Source of the DNA: Actinomycetes bacterium
GTDB lineage: Bacteria > Actinomycetota > Thermoleophilia > BMS3ABIN01
Reading direction: 5' to 3'
Length of the DNA: 60,705 bases
Assembly: GCA_024276735.1 (NCBI GenBank)
Contig: JAJRWQ010000095.1
Coordinates: 1 to 60,705, forward strand
In this document: positions 7,629-15,428 of the stretch, piece by piece
How the letters are laid out: each line of letters starts with the position of its first letter
How positions within the stretch are numbered: the first letter of the stretch is position 1
Notes under the pieces: model-generated
Database searches by the model: none
The model's input: the letters and a program-made list of their open reading frames with translations, nothing else
Told to the model about the DNA's origin: nothing
Program-made: the position numbers and the translations under genes

Positions 7629-7909
7629 TTTCTTCTCCGGTAATCGTGCGCGGTTACGTCGATGACCTCTACCAGGACCCGCTGTGCCTCTACACGGTAA
7701 ATTACCCGGTAGCCCAAACCCAGCCTGGAAGACCTATGGCCTCTCCACTTTCCCTTCAGGCTCTCGTCGTGAAAACCTTTTATCAGGCGCAGTCCCGAAG
7801 GGCCTGAAACCATGACGATATCTTTCCATTTCTCGTAGAGCTTCAATACTTCCCGCGGCGCCTTCCTGAGAGATTTATCTGCCCTCCTGTGCTCATACAC
7901 CTCCCACAT
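7625..7909 (-). CDS. RelE/ParE-superfamily toxin (HigB-like, toxin-first arrangement)
   Basis: 94 aa. ...KGKWRGHRSSRLGLGYRVIYRVEAQRVLVEVIDVTAHDY fits the RelE/StbE-type C-terminal pattern. It lies upstream of an XRE-HTH reading frame. Confidence 0.75.
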   Translation of the reverse strand: MWEVYEHRRADKSLRKAPREVLKLYEKWKDIVMVSGPSGLRLIKGFHDESLKGKWRGHRSSRLGLGYRVIYRVEAQRVLVEVIDVTAHDYRRRK

Positions 7910-8025
7910 ATCATATTTATACTATACCCTATTTGATATGTCCAGGTCGATATTCAAGCACTTTCCATCAATGCCCTCACAAAGGGCTGGAAATGCCTTG
8001 AACGATCGCCATCAGGAGAGAAGAA

Positions 8026-8101
8026 TGGTGGAGGATAGGGGATTCGAACCCCTGACCTTTTGGCTGCCAGCCAAACGCTCTCCCAGCTGAGCTAATCCCC
8101 C
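8026..8101 (-). tRNA. tRNA-Ala (anticodon GGC)
   Basis: Reverse complement GGGGGATTAGCTCAGCTGGGAGAGCGTTTGGCTGGCAGCCAAAAGGTCAGGGGTTCGAATCCCCTATCCTCCACCA folds as a cloverleaf. Anticodon loop CTGGCAG, G3:U70 alanine identity pair, encoded CCA. Confidence 0.93.
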
Positions 8102-8223
8102 AGAATGCAGGTGAGACGGGCTCTTTTACGTCCAAGGGGCGCTGCCCGCGCCCCTCTCCCGTCCCTTGAATTATAGATTGAGCCCGCCTCGGGACGCAAG
8201 CCGCGAGCCGGGTGCGGCGCCGG

Positions 8224-9894
8224 CTAGCGGGAGCCGACCAGCCGGTAGACCACCAGGCCCTGCTCGCCGTCCTCGTAGGCCACCTCGAGCCCGTAATCTT
8301 CGCCGTCGCCGAGGAGCGGTGCCAGCAGCGGCCGCTTTTCGCTCACCATCCGCCGCGAGACCACCAGGAAGTCCACGTCCTTGTCGCGGGCGTAATCCAG
8401 CACCCGGTCGGGCTCGGCGTACGGCGCCGGCACCAGCTCTGAACCGGCGTAGTAGGCGGTGGCGGTCTCGGCGCTCATTACCCGGGCGCCGTCGCCGCCC
8501 GAGTCCGCCAGCCGCTCGCCGGCGCGGCGGTACTCGGGGTGGTACTGGACGCGGGTGACGGTCCAAAAGGCGAAACCGGCGAGCGGCAGCAGCATCAAGA
8601 GCGCCAGGCCCACCTTGAGCACCCCTTTCCAGCGCGCGGAGATACCGCCGTAGCCGGCGATCTCGTCCGCCGTCCCCAGGAGCCACTCTTCCAGCTTGAG
8701 CCAGCCCCGGGCCGCCGGCAGCATCACCATGCCCGCGTAGGGCAGAAAGAAGTAGACGTTGCTGCTGGTTACGGGAAGCACCAGCATCGGCGCCGCCACC
8801 ACCGCCAGGTAGCCGTACTTGAGCGCCTCCCGCCGGGTCCACACCACCGCGAACATGCCCAGGCCCACCAGCGGCAGCAGCCACACCGGTACCAGCGACT
8901 GGATGCCGCGAAAATACTCGTGCCAGGCACTCCTGGCGGTGGCCGCCAGGGTATCGCCCGGCCGGTGCCACAGCGAGGCTAGGTAGCCGTCTCCCTGCTG
9001 GATGCGCTCCAGGTTCAGCTGCCCGTCGGCATCGAGCCCGTACGCCTCCCGCTCCCAGTCGAGCGTCCCCTCCCTAAAACCGTTGACCGCGGCGTAGACC
9101 GGGGTCGCCGGCTTCCCCGAGAGGCTGAAGCCGCCGTTCATGTAGCTGGTGAAGATCACTCCCGGCACCGCGAACAGCAGGAACATCAGCAGGAAGTGGG
9201 CCACCGCCTTGTTGGCGTAGTTGGCCACCTCCTGCCGGAGGCCGATCACCACCAGCATCACCGCCAGCACCACCAGGTAGTAGAGCGCCCCGGGGCCGCT
9301 GAGAAAGGCCAGCCCCAAGCAGGTGCCCGCCAGCATGCCGCACATGCAGCGCTTGGTGAACTGCATGCGGTAGCCGAAGAACACCGCGCAGAGCAGCCAG
9401 AAGGCATAGATGTTGGCGGCATCGATGGAGCTGCCGGCATCCACCAGCACCGGCAGCACCGCGGTGAGTGCCGCCGCCGCCGTGGCCACCCGCTGGTTCC
9501 ACATGTTCTTGCCCAGCATGTAGACCGGCAGCACCAGCAGCGAACCGAAGAGCACCGATACCAGGTAGCCGGTGAAGACGTAGTTCTTGAACACCACCGT
9601 CAGCGAGGCGATGACGAAGGGATAGAGAATGGAGAACTGGGTGGCGGAGGTGCCGGTGATCTCCAGCGGTGCCTTGCCCAGCAGCAGGTTTTCCGCCATG
9701 CGCAGGTAGGAGGCCTCGTCGGCCTGGATCATGTCGCGGGTGAGCGCGGCGATGGTGCGCATCACCACCGCCAGCAGAAAGACGGCCCCCAGCCACAGGA
9801 GCTCGGGATTCACCTTCCTCCCCGGCGACGGCGCCGAGGATGCAGCCTCCCGCTCAGCCACGGTGAGCTCCTCTCGCGAGCCCGCACCCGCCAA
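8224..9894 (-). CDS. polytopic membrane glycosyltransferase (GT39/GT83, ArnT/PMT-like)
   Basis: 556 aa with many TM helices. N-terminal ...AVVMRTIAALTRDMIQADEASYLRMAENLL resembles the D-E/loop-1 region of ArnT/PMT-type enzymes. Soluble C-terminal domain. Confidence 0.75.
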   Translation of the reverse strand: MAGAGSREELTVAEREAASSAPSPGRKVNPELLWLGAVFLLAVVMRTIAALTRDMIQADEASYLRMAENLLLGKAPLEITGTSATQFSILYPFVIASLTVVFKNYVFTGYLVSVLFGSLLVLPVYMLGKNMWNQRVATAAAALTAVLPVLVDAGSSIDAANIYAFWLLCAVFFGYRMQFTKRCMCGMLAGTCLGLAFLSGPGALYYLVVLAVMLVVIGLRQEVANYANKAVAHFLLMFLLFAVPGVIFTSYMNGGFSLSGKPATPVYAAVNGFREGTLDWEREAYGLDADGQLNLERIQQGDGYLASLWHRPGDTLAATARSAWHEYFRGIQSLVPVWLLPLVGLGMFAVVWTRREALKYGYLAVVAAPMLVLPVTSSNVYFFLPYAGMVMLPAARGWLKLEEWLLGTADEIAGYGGISARWKGVLKVGLALLMLLPLAGFAFWTVTRVQYHPEYRRAGERLADSGGDGARVMSAETATAYYAGSELVPAPYAEPDRVLDYARDKDVDFLVVSRRMVSEKRPLLAPLLGDGEDYGLEVAYEDGEQGLVVYRLVGSR

Positions 9895-10003
9895 CGCCCC
9901 CTACACGGGAAAACGGTGGATGAAACTCCGCCCCTAGAAGAACAGAAGCGTCCACCTCGCGGTGACCCCCCATGGAACCTTCAAACAGCGGTGCCGGATC
10001 GGT

Positions 10004-10135
10004 TCAGCGAATCTCGCAGCGGTTCTTCCTCAGCTCACGCCGCCAGGTGACGATGAGCTCGCCGATGGTGAAGGCCATGACGAACATGCCGAACCCCACC
10101 ACCGTGAACGCCTCGATGATTCTCATTTCTTCCAT
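10004..10135 (-). CDS. 43-aa single-TM protein, possible small subunit of the Rieske/cyt b complex
   Basis: ATG 10135 preceded by GGAGAGAG. MEEMRIIEAFTVVGFGMFVMAFTIGELIVTWRRELRKNRCEIR. 44 nt downstream of the subunit IV gene; below the track size cutoff in its own frame. Confidence 0.5.
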   Translation of the reverse strand: MEEMRIIEAFTVVGFGMFVMAFTIGELIVTWRRELRKNRCEIR

Positions 10136-10179
10136 TACTCTCTCCAGTCCGCGTCGATGAACCCGGCGTCCTCGCCTGC

Positions 10180-10608
10180 CTACTCGAAACCCAGGTAAGC
10201 CAGCATGGTAAAGAAGATGGCGGTGATCACGCCCAGCGCTCCCGCCGTGTGCAGGATCAGCCGCCCGTACTTGAAGCGGGTGATCACCGAGTTGTAGAAC
10301 AGCGGGAACAGCATCAGGAACGGCGGGAAGATCAGGAACGTGAAGGCGATGCCGATGTTGCGCGGCACGTACTTGAGGATCTGGTAGACGGTGAGGAAGT
10401 ACCACTCGGGCTTGATGCCGACGGGCGTCTTCAGCGGGTCGGCGGGAGCGCCCATGGGCATCGGCATCAGCGTCGCCAGGAAGCTGACGATCGCCAGCAC
10501 CAGCGCCACCACCGACATCTCCTTGATGAAGTGGTCGGGGAAGAACGGCACCCCGCCTTCCTGGTGGCTGTCCTGGTTTCTCTGCGTCTGGTCTGCCATC
10601 TGCATCAA
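10180..10608 (-). CDS. cytochrome b C-terminal part / subunit IV (PetD-like)
   Basis: ...DHFIKEMSVVALVLAIV...PVGIKPEWYFLTVYQILKYVP contains the PEWYF motif of subunit IV. Confidence 0.88.
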   Translation of the reverse strand: MMQMADQTQRNQDSHQEGGVPFFPDHFIKEMSVVALVLAIVSFLATLMPMPMGAPADPLKTPVGIKPEWYFLTVYQILKYVPRNIGIAFTFLIFPPFLMLFPLFYNSVITRFKYGRLILHTAGALGVITAIFFTMLAYLGFE

Positions 10609-10627
10609 CTCTCCCCGTCACCCGTAA

Positions 10628-11311
10628 TTATAGCGGATCGGCGATGCCCTGCTTGCGCACCATCAGGAAGTGCAGCCCCAGGAGCACCGAGATGGCGATC
10701 GGCAGGATTATCACGTGTATGGCGTAGAAACGGCTGAGGGTGGCGTCGGCGATCTTGGTGCCACCCAGCAGGAAAGTCTGGATTTCGGAACCCACGAAGG
10801 GCATGGAGCCGGCGATCTCGCTGCCCACCTTGGTGGCCCAGTAAGAAAGCTGGTTCATGGGCAGCAGGTAGCCGGAGAAACCAAAAGTCACCGTGGTGAA
10901 GAAGAGGATCACGCCGGTCATCCAGTTGAGCTCGCGCGGCGGCCGGTAGGCGGCGTGGAAGAACACCCGCAGCATGTGCAGGATCACCATCAGGATCATG
11001 ATGTTCGCGGTCCAGGCGTGCAGGCTGCGGATGAAGACGCCGAAGGGCACGTCCTCCATGATGTGCAGCACGCTGCTGTAAGCCTGGTCGATGGTGGGCT
11101 GGTAATAGAACGCCAGCAGGATACCGGTGAGCGCCTGGATCAGGAAGGCCAGGAAGGTAATGCCACCGAAACAGTAGAGCCAGTTTACGTGGGCGGGCAC
11201 GTTGTGCCCGGCGAACTCGGACACCACCCGCCGCATGTCGAAGCGCTCGTCGAAGAAATCGGCGACGGCCGTCCACGCCCGCTTGAAGATGTTCCCCTTC
11301 TCACCCGCCAT
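10628..11311 (-). CDS. cytochrome b6-type (split cytochrome b, N-terminal four-helix part)
   Basis: Two His pairs in RSLHAWTANIMILMVILHMLRVFF and YAIHVIILPIAISVLLGLHFLMV. NWLYCFGGITF and GYLLPMNQLSYWAT are typical b6/b motifs. Confidence 0.92.
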   Translation of the reverse strand: MAGEKGNIFKRAWTAVADFFDERFDMRRVVSEFAGHNVPAHVNWLYCFGGITFLAFLIQALTGILLAFYYQPTIDQAYSSVLHIMEDVPFGVFIRSLHAWTANIMILMVILHMLRVFFHAAYRPPRELNWMTGVILFFTTVTFGFSGYLLPMNQLSYWATKVGSEIAGSMPFVGSEIQTFLLGGTKIADATLSRFYAIHVIILPIAISVLLGLHFLMVRKQGIADPL

Positions 11312-11826
11312 TACTTCTTTTCCTCCGTTTCGATGCCCTCGACGAAGATGCCGTCACCCTCGACCTTGACCTTCAGCTTGGTGAGCGGCCGCGGCGGCGG
11401 GCCCGAGATCACGTCGCCTTGGGGGGTGAACTTGCCCGCGTGGCAAGGGCAGTGATAGATGCTGTTCCGCGTCTCCCACTTGACGATGCATCCCAGGTGG
11501 GTGCAGACGCGCGAGACCGCCACGTAGCTGCCATCCTCCATCATCAGCAGCTGCGAGGGAATCTCCTGGTAATCGAACTTCACGCCCTCGTCCAGCGGCT
11601 TCAGCTGGCCCACCGTGGCCACCTTTACCTTCTCGAACACCTCTTCGCCCACCACGGGATAGGCGTAGCGCACCAGCGGCGCCCCCAGGGCCGCCAGGCC
11701 CATGGTGGCGGCGCCGGCGAACGAAATGGTCAGGAACCGCCGCCGGGTGAGCCCCTTCTGGTACTCTTCGTCGGCCCCGGGCTGCTGCCCGCTCGTCCCT
11801 GCCTGTTTTTCCTTGTCCTCGCTCAT
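11311..11826 (-). CDS. Rieske [2Fe-2S] protein with Tat signal
   Basis: Start ATG 11826 (ATGA overlap with the multihaem gene stop). TRRRFLTISFAGAA twin-arginine signal. CTHLGC and CPCHAG cluster-binding boxes. The longer track ORF upstream of 11826 overlaps the multihaem gene. Confidence 0.9.
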   Translation of the reverse strand: MSEDKEKQAGTSGQQPGADEEYQKGLTRRRFLTISFAGAATMGLAALGAPLVRYAYPVVGEEVFEKVKVATVGQLKPLDEGVKFDYQEIPSQLLMMEDGSYVAVSRVCTHLGCIVKWETRNSIYHCPCHAGKFTPQGDVISGPPPRPLTKLKVKVEGDGIFVEGIETEEKK

Positions 11827-12962
11827 TTCTTCGATAGTCTCCTGCGCCGTGGCTTCAGTACGCCCTGGTGGAAGAGGAATACCAGCAGGCTGGCGCTCGC
11901 CAGCAGGTAGGCGATCCAGATGGTCACCGGCCCGATGCTGTGCTCGCCCTCGGTGGCGCTGGACACCACCTCGATCACCTTCACGAAGGCGTACACGTCC
12001 GTCGCCAGCACGATTACTGCCAGGCCGGCCGCGATCCAGCCCTCGAAGATGAAGCGTTTCACCTTCGGGTAGGGCACCAGCGTCACCAGGAAGATGCCGA
12101 TCACCAGCCCGAACATGGTCAGCGGTGCCGCGCTGGCCTCCTGGGTTTCGTTGGCCACCGAGAACTCCGGCACCTCGGCCGAGTGGCAGCTCTTGCAGTT
12201 CTTGGCCTTGTAAGGCTCGTCGTGGCAAGCCATGCAGGTCTTCTTCTCGATCTGGTCGTAATGCTCTCCCTTGTACTCGCCGGGGCCACCGGCAAAGCGC
12301 CAGTGAATGTTACGCCAGATGGCGGTATCGATCTTGGGAACACCGGGATGCTCGCGCCCGGAAAGCTTGATGTTGCCGAAGAGGATGGGCGCGATGTCGC
12401 CGGTATGGCAGTTGGCGCAGAACTCGGGATCCAGCTGCGCCTGCGGCTTGTCCACCAGCTCCGCCCCGTGGACGATGCCCGAATGGCAGTCGGCGCACTT
12501 GAGGTTGGCGGTCTCGATGTGGAACTGGTGCGGGAAATAAACGGTGCTGGCGGCGTCCTCGCCCTCGCGCACCGGGAAGTACTTGGGATCCAGGTAATTG
12601 TCGGCGCCGGGGGTGATCACCCCGTCGTGACAGCCCTTCTGCAGGCAGGCGGAATTGGTGAGCAGCTCGGTGGTGGGCGGCTTGCGCTCGTACTGGCCGG
12701 TACCGTACTCCACCAGCTTCATCAGGGAGTAGATCTTGCCCCGGCCGTAGCCGATGACGCCGGGCTCGAAGTGGCAATCGATGCACTCGACGCCCGCCTG
12801 GCCCATGGCGGACTGCTTCCAGGTGTCCACGTAGGGCTGGATGATGTGGCAGCTGTCACAGAAGTCGGAGCTGCTGGTGTAGTCGATCCCCCACACCGTG
12901 AGCCCGATGATGACGATGAACAGCACCAACAGCGCTGCAGCGAGTATCGATCTTCCCTTCAT
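11823..12962 (-). CDS. membrane-anchored multihaem cytochrome c (NapC/NirT/NrfH-like N-terminus, extra C-terminal TM helices)
   Basis: Six CXXCH motifs (CDSCH, CIDCH, CADCH, CANCH, CMACH, CKSCH) plus one CX4CH-like CLQKGCH. N-terminal TM and about three C-terminal TM segments. Confidence 0.88.
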   Translation of the reverse strand: MKGRSILAAALLVLFIVIIGLTVWGIDYTSSSDFCDSCHIIQPYVDTWKQSAMGQAGVECIDCHFEPGVIGYGRGKIYSLMKLVEYGTGQYERKPPTTELLTNSACLQKGCHDGVITPGADNYLDPKYFPVREGEDAASTVYFPHQFHIETANLKCADCHSGIVHGAELVDKPQAQLDPEFCANCHTGDIAPILFGNIKLSGREHPGVPKIDTAIWRNIHWRFAGGPGEYKGEHYDQIEKKTCMACHDEPYKAKNCKSCHSAEVPEFSVANETQEASAAPLTMFGLVIGIFLVTLVPYPKVKRFIFEGWIAAGLAVIVLATDVYAFVKVIEVVSSATEGEHSIGPVTIWIAYLLASASLLVFLFHQGVLKPRRRRLSKK

Positions 12963-13024
12963 GCCTTCCCGATTTGCCGGTTGGAACAGGAATTGCGACG
13001 CTTTTCACAAGCGAAGCCGGAAGG

Positions 13025-13053
13025 ATTCTATATTTCGGATCAATCCGTGTCAA
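13025..13053 (-). promoter_or_regulatory. near-consensus promoter of the cytochrome operon
   Basis: Minus strand: TTGACA (13053-13048), 17-nt spacer, TAGAAT (13030-13025), about 60 nt upstream of ATG 12962, in an AT-rich divergent region. Confidence 0.65.
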
Positions 13054-13125
13054 CAACACTAGTTTAATTTTTATTGTAATGAATAATCGGTAATTCTTAT
13101 TTGAACGTTTCCGATGAAAAACATA

Positions 13126-13134
13126 TGTTAGAAT
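13126..13134 (+). promoter_or_regulatory. extended -10 element (TGtTAGAAT)
   Basis: TGTTAGAAT about 100 nt upstream of the small ORF at 13241. No good -35 at 17 nt. Confidence 0.35.
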
Positions 13135-13240
13135 GCACGCCGGGAGTGGCCGGGCGGAGACGGCGGCTGTTTCAACCAGGGCGTGCTGGTGGTATACTCA
13201 TAATGCGGCACTACGTGTACACCCACGGGAGGTGAATGAC

Positions 13241-13375
13241 TTGCCGGTCGAAGCGATAATCTTCCTCTTTTTCATCCTGGTACTGGCGCCGGTGGTTGCG
13301 GTACTGGCGTACTGCGGCATCAGGGGTACCTGCAGCCAGAGCGAGGAGGAGGAGGGCAAGAGTTCCGAGAACTGA
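13241..13375 (+). CDS. 44-aa single-TM protein with acidic tail, hypothetical
   Basis: TTG 13241 preceded by GGGAGGTGAATGAC. LPVEAIIFLFFILVLAPVVAVLAYCGIRGTCSQSEEEEGKSSEN. A terminator follows. Confidence 0.45.
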   Translation: MPVEAIIFLFFILVLAPVVAVLAYCGIRGTCSQSEEEEGKSSEN

Positions 13376-13467
13376 GGGCGGTCGCGCGAGTCTCCGGCGA
13401 TTCGCCGCGGGCAGCAATTGCGCTTCATTGCTGGAAATAAGCAGAGTGCCGTAAAACGGAAGGTTTC

Positions 13468-13501
13468 GGTCGCGTTAAGGGCGCGGCTTTTTCTTTTTTT
13501 T
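13468..13501 (+). terminator. intrinsic terminator
   Basis: GGTCGCG-TTAAGGG-CGCGGCT stem-loop followed by TTTTCTTTTTTTT. Confidence 0.6.
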
Positions 13502-13534
13502 CCGTGCGTTCGCCGGGCGTGACCCCGGGCTCCC

Positions 13535-14323
13535 CTACTCCGCCTGCGCCGGCTCCAGCTGGTCTTTCATGCGCCCCTTCAGCCGCAGCACCGCCTTGGT
13601 GTGCAGCTGCGAGACCCGCGACTCGGTGACGCCCAGTACCTCGCCTATCTCCCTCAGGGTCAGCCCCTCGTAGTAATATAGGGCGATGACGATCTTCTCC
13701 CGCTCCGGCAGGTTGGCGATGGCCTTCGCCAGCCGCTCCCGGATCTCGATGACGTCGACTTCCTTGGCGGGATCCTTGCTCTGGCGGTCCTCGATGGTGT
13801 CGATCAGCGCCACCGTCTCCGTGCCGCTGCTGGAGATGGTCCACAGCTCCTCCAGGGCGACGATGGAGCTGTTGCTGATCTTGGTCAGCGCCTGCTGGAA
13901 CTCCTCCACCGATATCTTCAGGTCGGCGGCGATCTCCTCGTCGGTGGGCGCCCGGTGCAGCTTGTTCTCCAGGGCGGCGCTGCTCTTCTCGATCTGGCGC
14001 GCCATGCTGCGCACCGAGCGCGGCACCCAGTCGAGCGAGCGCAGCTCGTCCAGGATCGAGCCCTTGATGCGGGCGATGGCGTAGGTCTCGAACTTGATGT
14101 TGCGGGAGGGATCGAAGCGTTCGATGGCGCTGATGAGGCCCAGCAGCCCGTAGCTGATCAGGTCCGACTCGTCCACGTGGGAGGGAAAGTTGCTGCCCAT
14201 GCGCCCGGCGACGTACTTCACCAGCGGGGCGTAATTCAAGATCAGGCGGTCACGCGCCTGCAGGTCCCCTTCCGACTTGAACCGCTTCCAGAGCCTTTGT
14301 ATTTCCTTGTCCTCTTCCGGCAT
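13535..14323 (-). CDS. FliA/WhiG-family (sigma-28 type) RNA polymerase sigma factor
   Basis: LILNYAPLVKYVAGRM (region 2), DLISYGLLGLISAIERFDPSRNIKFETYAIARIKGSILDELR, and C-terminal LTLREIGEVLGVTESRVSQLHTKAVLRLK (region 4.2 HTH). Confidence 0.9.
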   Translation of the reverse strand: MPEEDKEIQRLWKRFKSEGDLQARDRLILNYAPLVKYVAGRMGSNFPSHVDESDLISYGLLGLISAIERFDPSRNIKFETYAIARIKGSILDELRSLDWVPRSVRSMARQIEKSSAALENKLHRAPTDEEIAADLKISVEEFQQALTKISNSSIVALEELWTISSSGTETVALIDTIEDRQSKDPAKEVDVIEIRERLAKAIANLPEREKIVIALYYYEGLTLREIGEVLGVTESRVSQLHTKAVLRLKGRMKDQLEPAQAE

Positions 14324-14330
14324 AGACCCT

Positions 14331-14336
14331 ATTCTA
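14331..14336 (-). promoter_or_regulatory. -10 box TAGAAT 7 nt upstream of the sigma-factor ATG (possible leaderless mRNA)
   Basis: Minus strand GCGATAGAATAGGGTCTATG. No SD between the box and the ATG. The -35 is weak (GTCGCA). Confidence 0.35.
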
Positions 14337-14426
14337 TCGCAACGCCGCGCCTCTGCGACGCGGCGATGGCGTTTATCGGCAGGCAGCGCCGATTCTTTAT
14401 CGTTTCCTCGCCCGCGGGTGGGCGCG

Positions 14427-15359
14427 CTAGTAGACCCGCCTCAGGTGGGCGCCGCTGACGTGGGTGTAACGCTGGGTGGTGGAAATGGCGGCATGGCCGA
14501 GCAGCTCCTGCACCGCCCGCAGGTCGGCGCCCCCCTCCAGCAGGTGGGTGGCGAAACAGTGCCTGAATACGTGCGACGAGGTCCTGGTGTTCACCGCCGC
14601 CTTCCTCACGTACTTGGTGGTACGGCGCCGGATGTCCGATGTGCCCAGGGGGTTCCCCCGGGCCGACAGGAACAGCGCCCCCCGCTTGCGCAGGCCGTCC
14701 CCCCTGCTCCCCTCGGGAACCAGCTCGGGGCGGCCCTTGCTCAAGTATACCCAGAGCGCCCGCAAAGCAATCTCGCCGATGGGCACCACCCGCGTCCGCT
14801 TGCCCTTGCCGGTCACGGTGAGCTCCTCCCCCTCGAGATCGATTCTCTCCAGGGTCAGGCTCACCACCTCCTCGCTGCGCAGGCCGCAGCCGTACATCAG
14901 CTCGAAGATGGCCCGGTCGCGCATTCCCAGCGGCTTGCTGGTATCGATGGCCTCCAGGAATGCCTCCACCTCCGCCGGCCTCAGCACCGCCGGCAGCTTC
15001 TTGGGCAGCTTGGGCGAGGAGAGCGTCTCGGCCGGGTTGGACTCGATGAGCCCCTCGAGGCGGCAAAAGCGGAACAGCCCCCGCACCGAGGAAAGCTTAC
15101 GGCTGATGCTGGACTTCATGTAGTCCTGCGAGGAAAGGTGGGCGGCGTACTGCCGCAGCGTGCGGTAGTCGACCTCGCCGGGGAAATCCTTCCCCACACC
15201 GGCGGCGAACCTGAGAAAATGCCGACAGTCACGGCGATAAGCGATGATCGTCTTTTCCGAACAACCCGCCTGCCGCAGCGACTCGAGGTAGTCTTCCAGT
15301 ATTTTCAGGTCGGCTTCCCGGACGTCGCCGGGGCGGTAGTCTGCTTCCAACGGTAACAA
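14427..15359 (-). CDS. xerC: tyrosine recombinase XerC
   Basis: SEKTIIAYRRDCRHFLRF..., HVFRHCFATHLLEGGADLRAVQELLGHAAISTTQRYTHV (R..H..R..Y catalytic signature). Conserved position next to dprA. Confidence 0.9.
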   Translation of the reverse strand: MLPLEADYRPGDVREADLKILEDYLESLRQAGCSEKTIIAYRRDCRHFLRFAAGVGKDFPGEVDYRTLRQYAAHLSSQDYMKSSISRKLSSVRGLFRFCRLEGLIESNPAETLSSPKLPKKLPAVLRPAEVEAFLEAIDTSKPLGMRDRAIFELMYGCGLRSEEVVSLTLERIDLEGEELTVTGKGKRTRVVPIGEIALRALWVYLSKGRPELVPEGSRGDGLRKRGALFLSARGNPLGTSDIRRRTTKYVRKAAVNTRTSSHVFRHCFATHLLEGGADLRAVQELLGHAAISTTQRYTHVSGAHLRRVY

Positions 15360-15428
15360 CCCCCATCGTTTTGACCATTTCTTCGACGCCGCCGCCGGCT
15401 TTCCCTTGAAATTCGCCCCGGCCTCCTT

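Noticed and set aside
6440-8101. Integrated prophage or integrative element at tRNA-Ala
   Set aside because: There is no integrase, no phage genes and no direct repeat of the tRNA 3' end; only two TA modules are present. I report it as a possible remnant islet.
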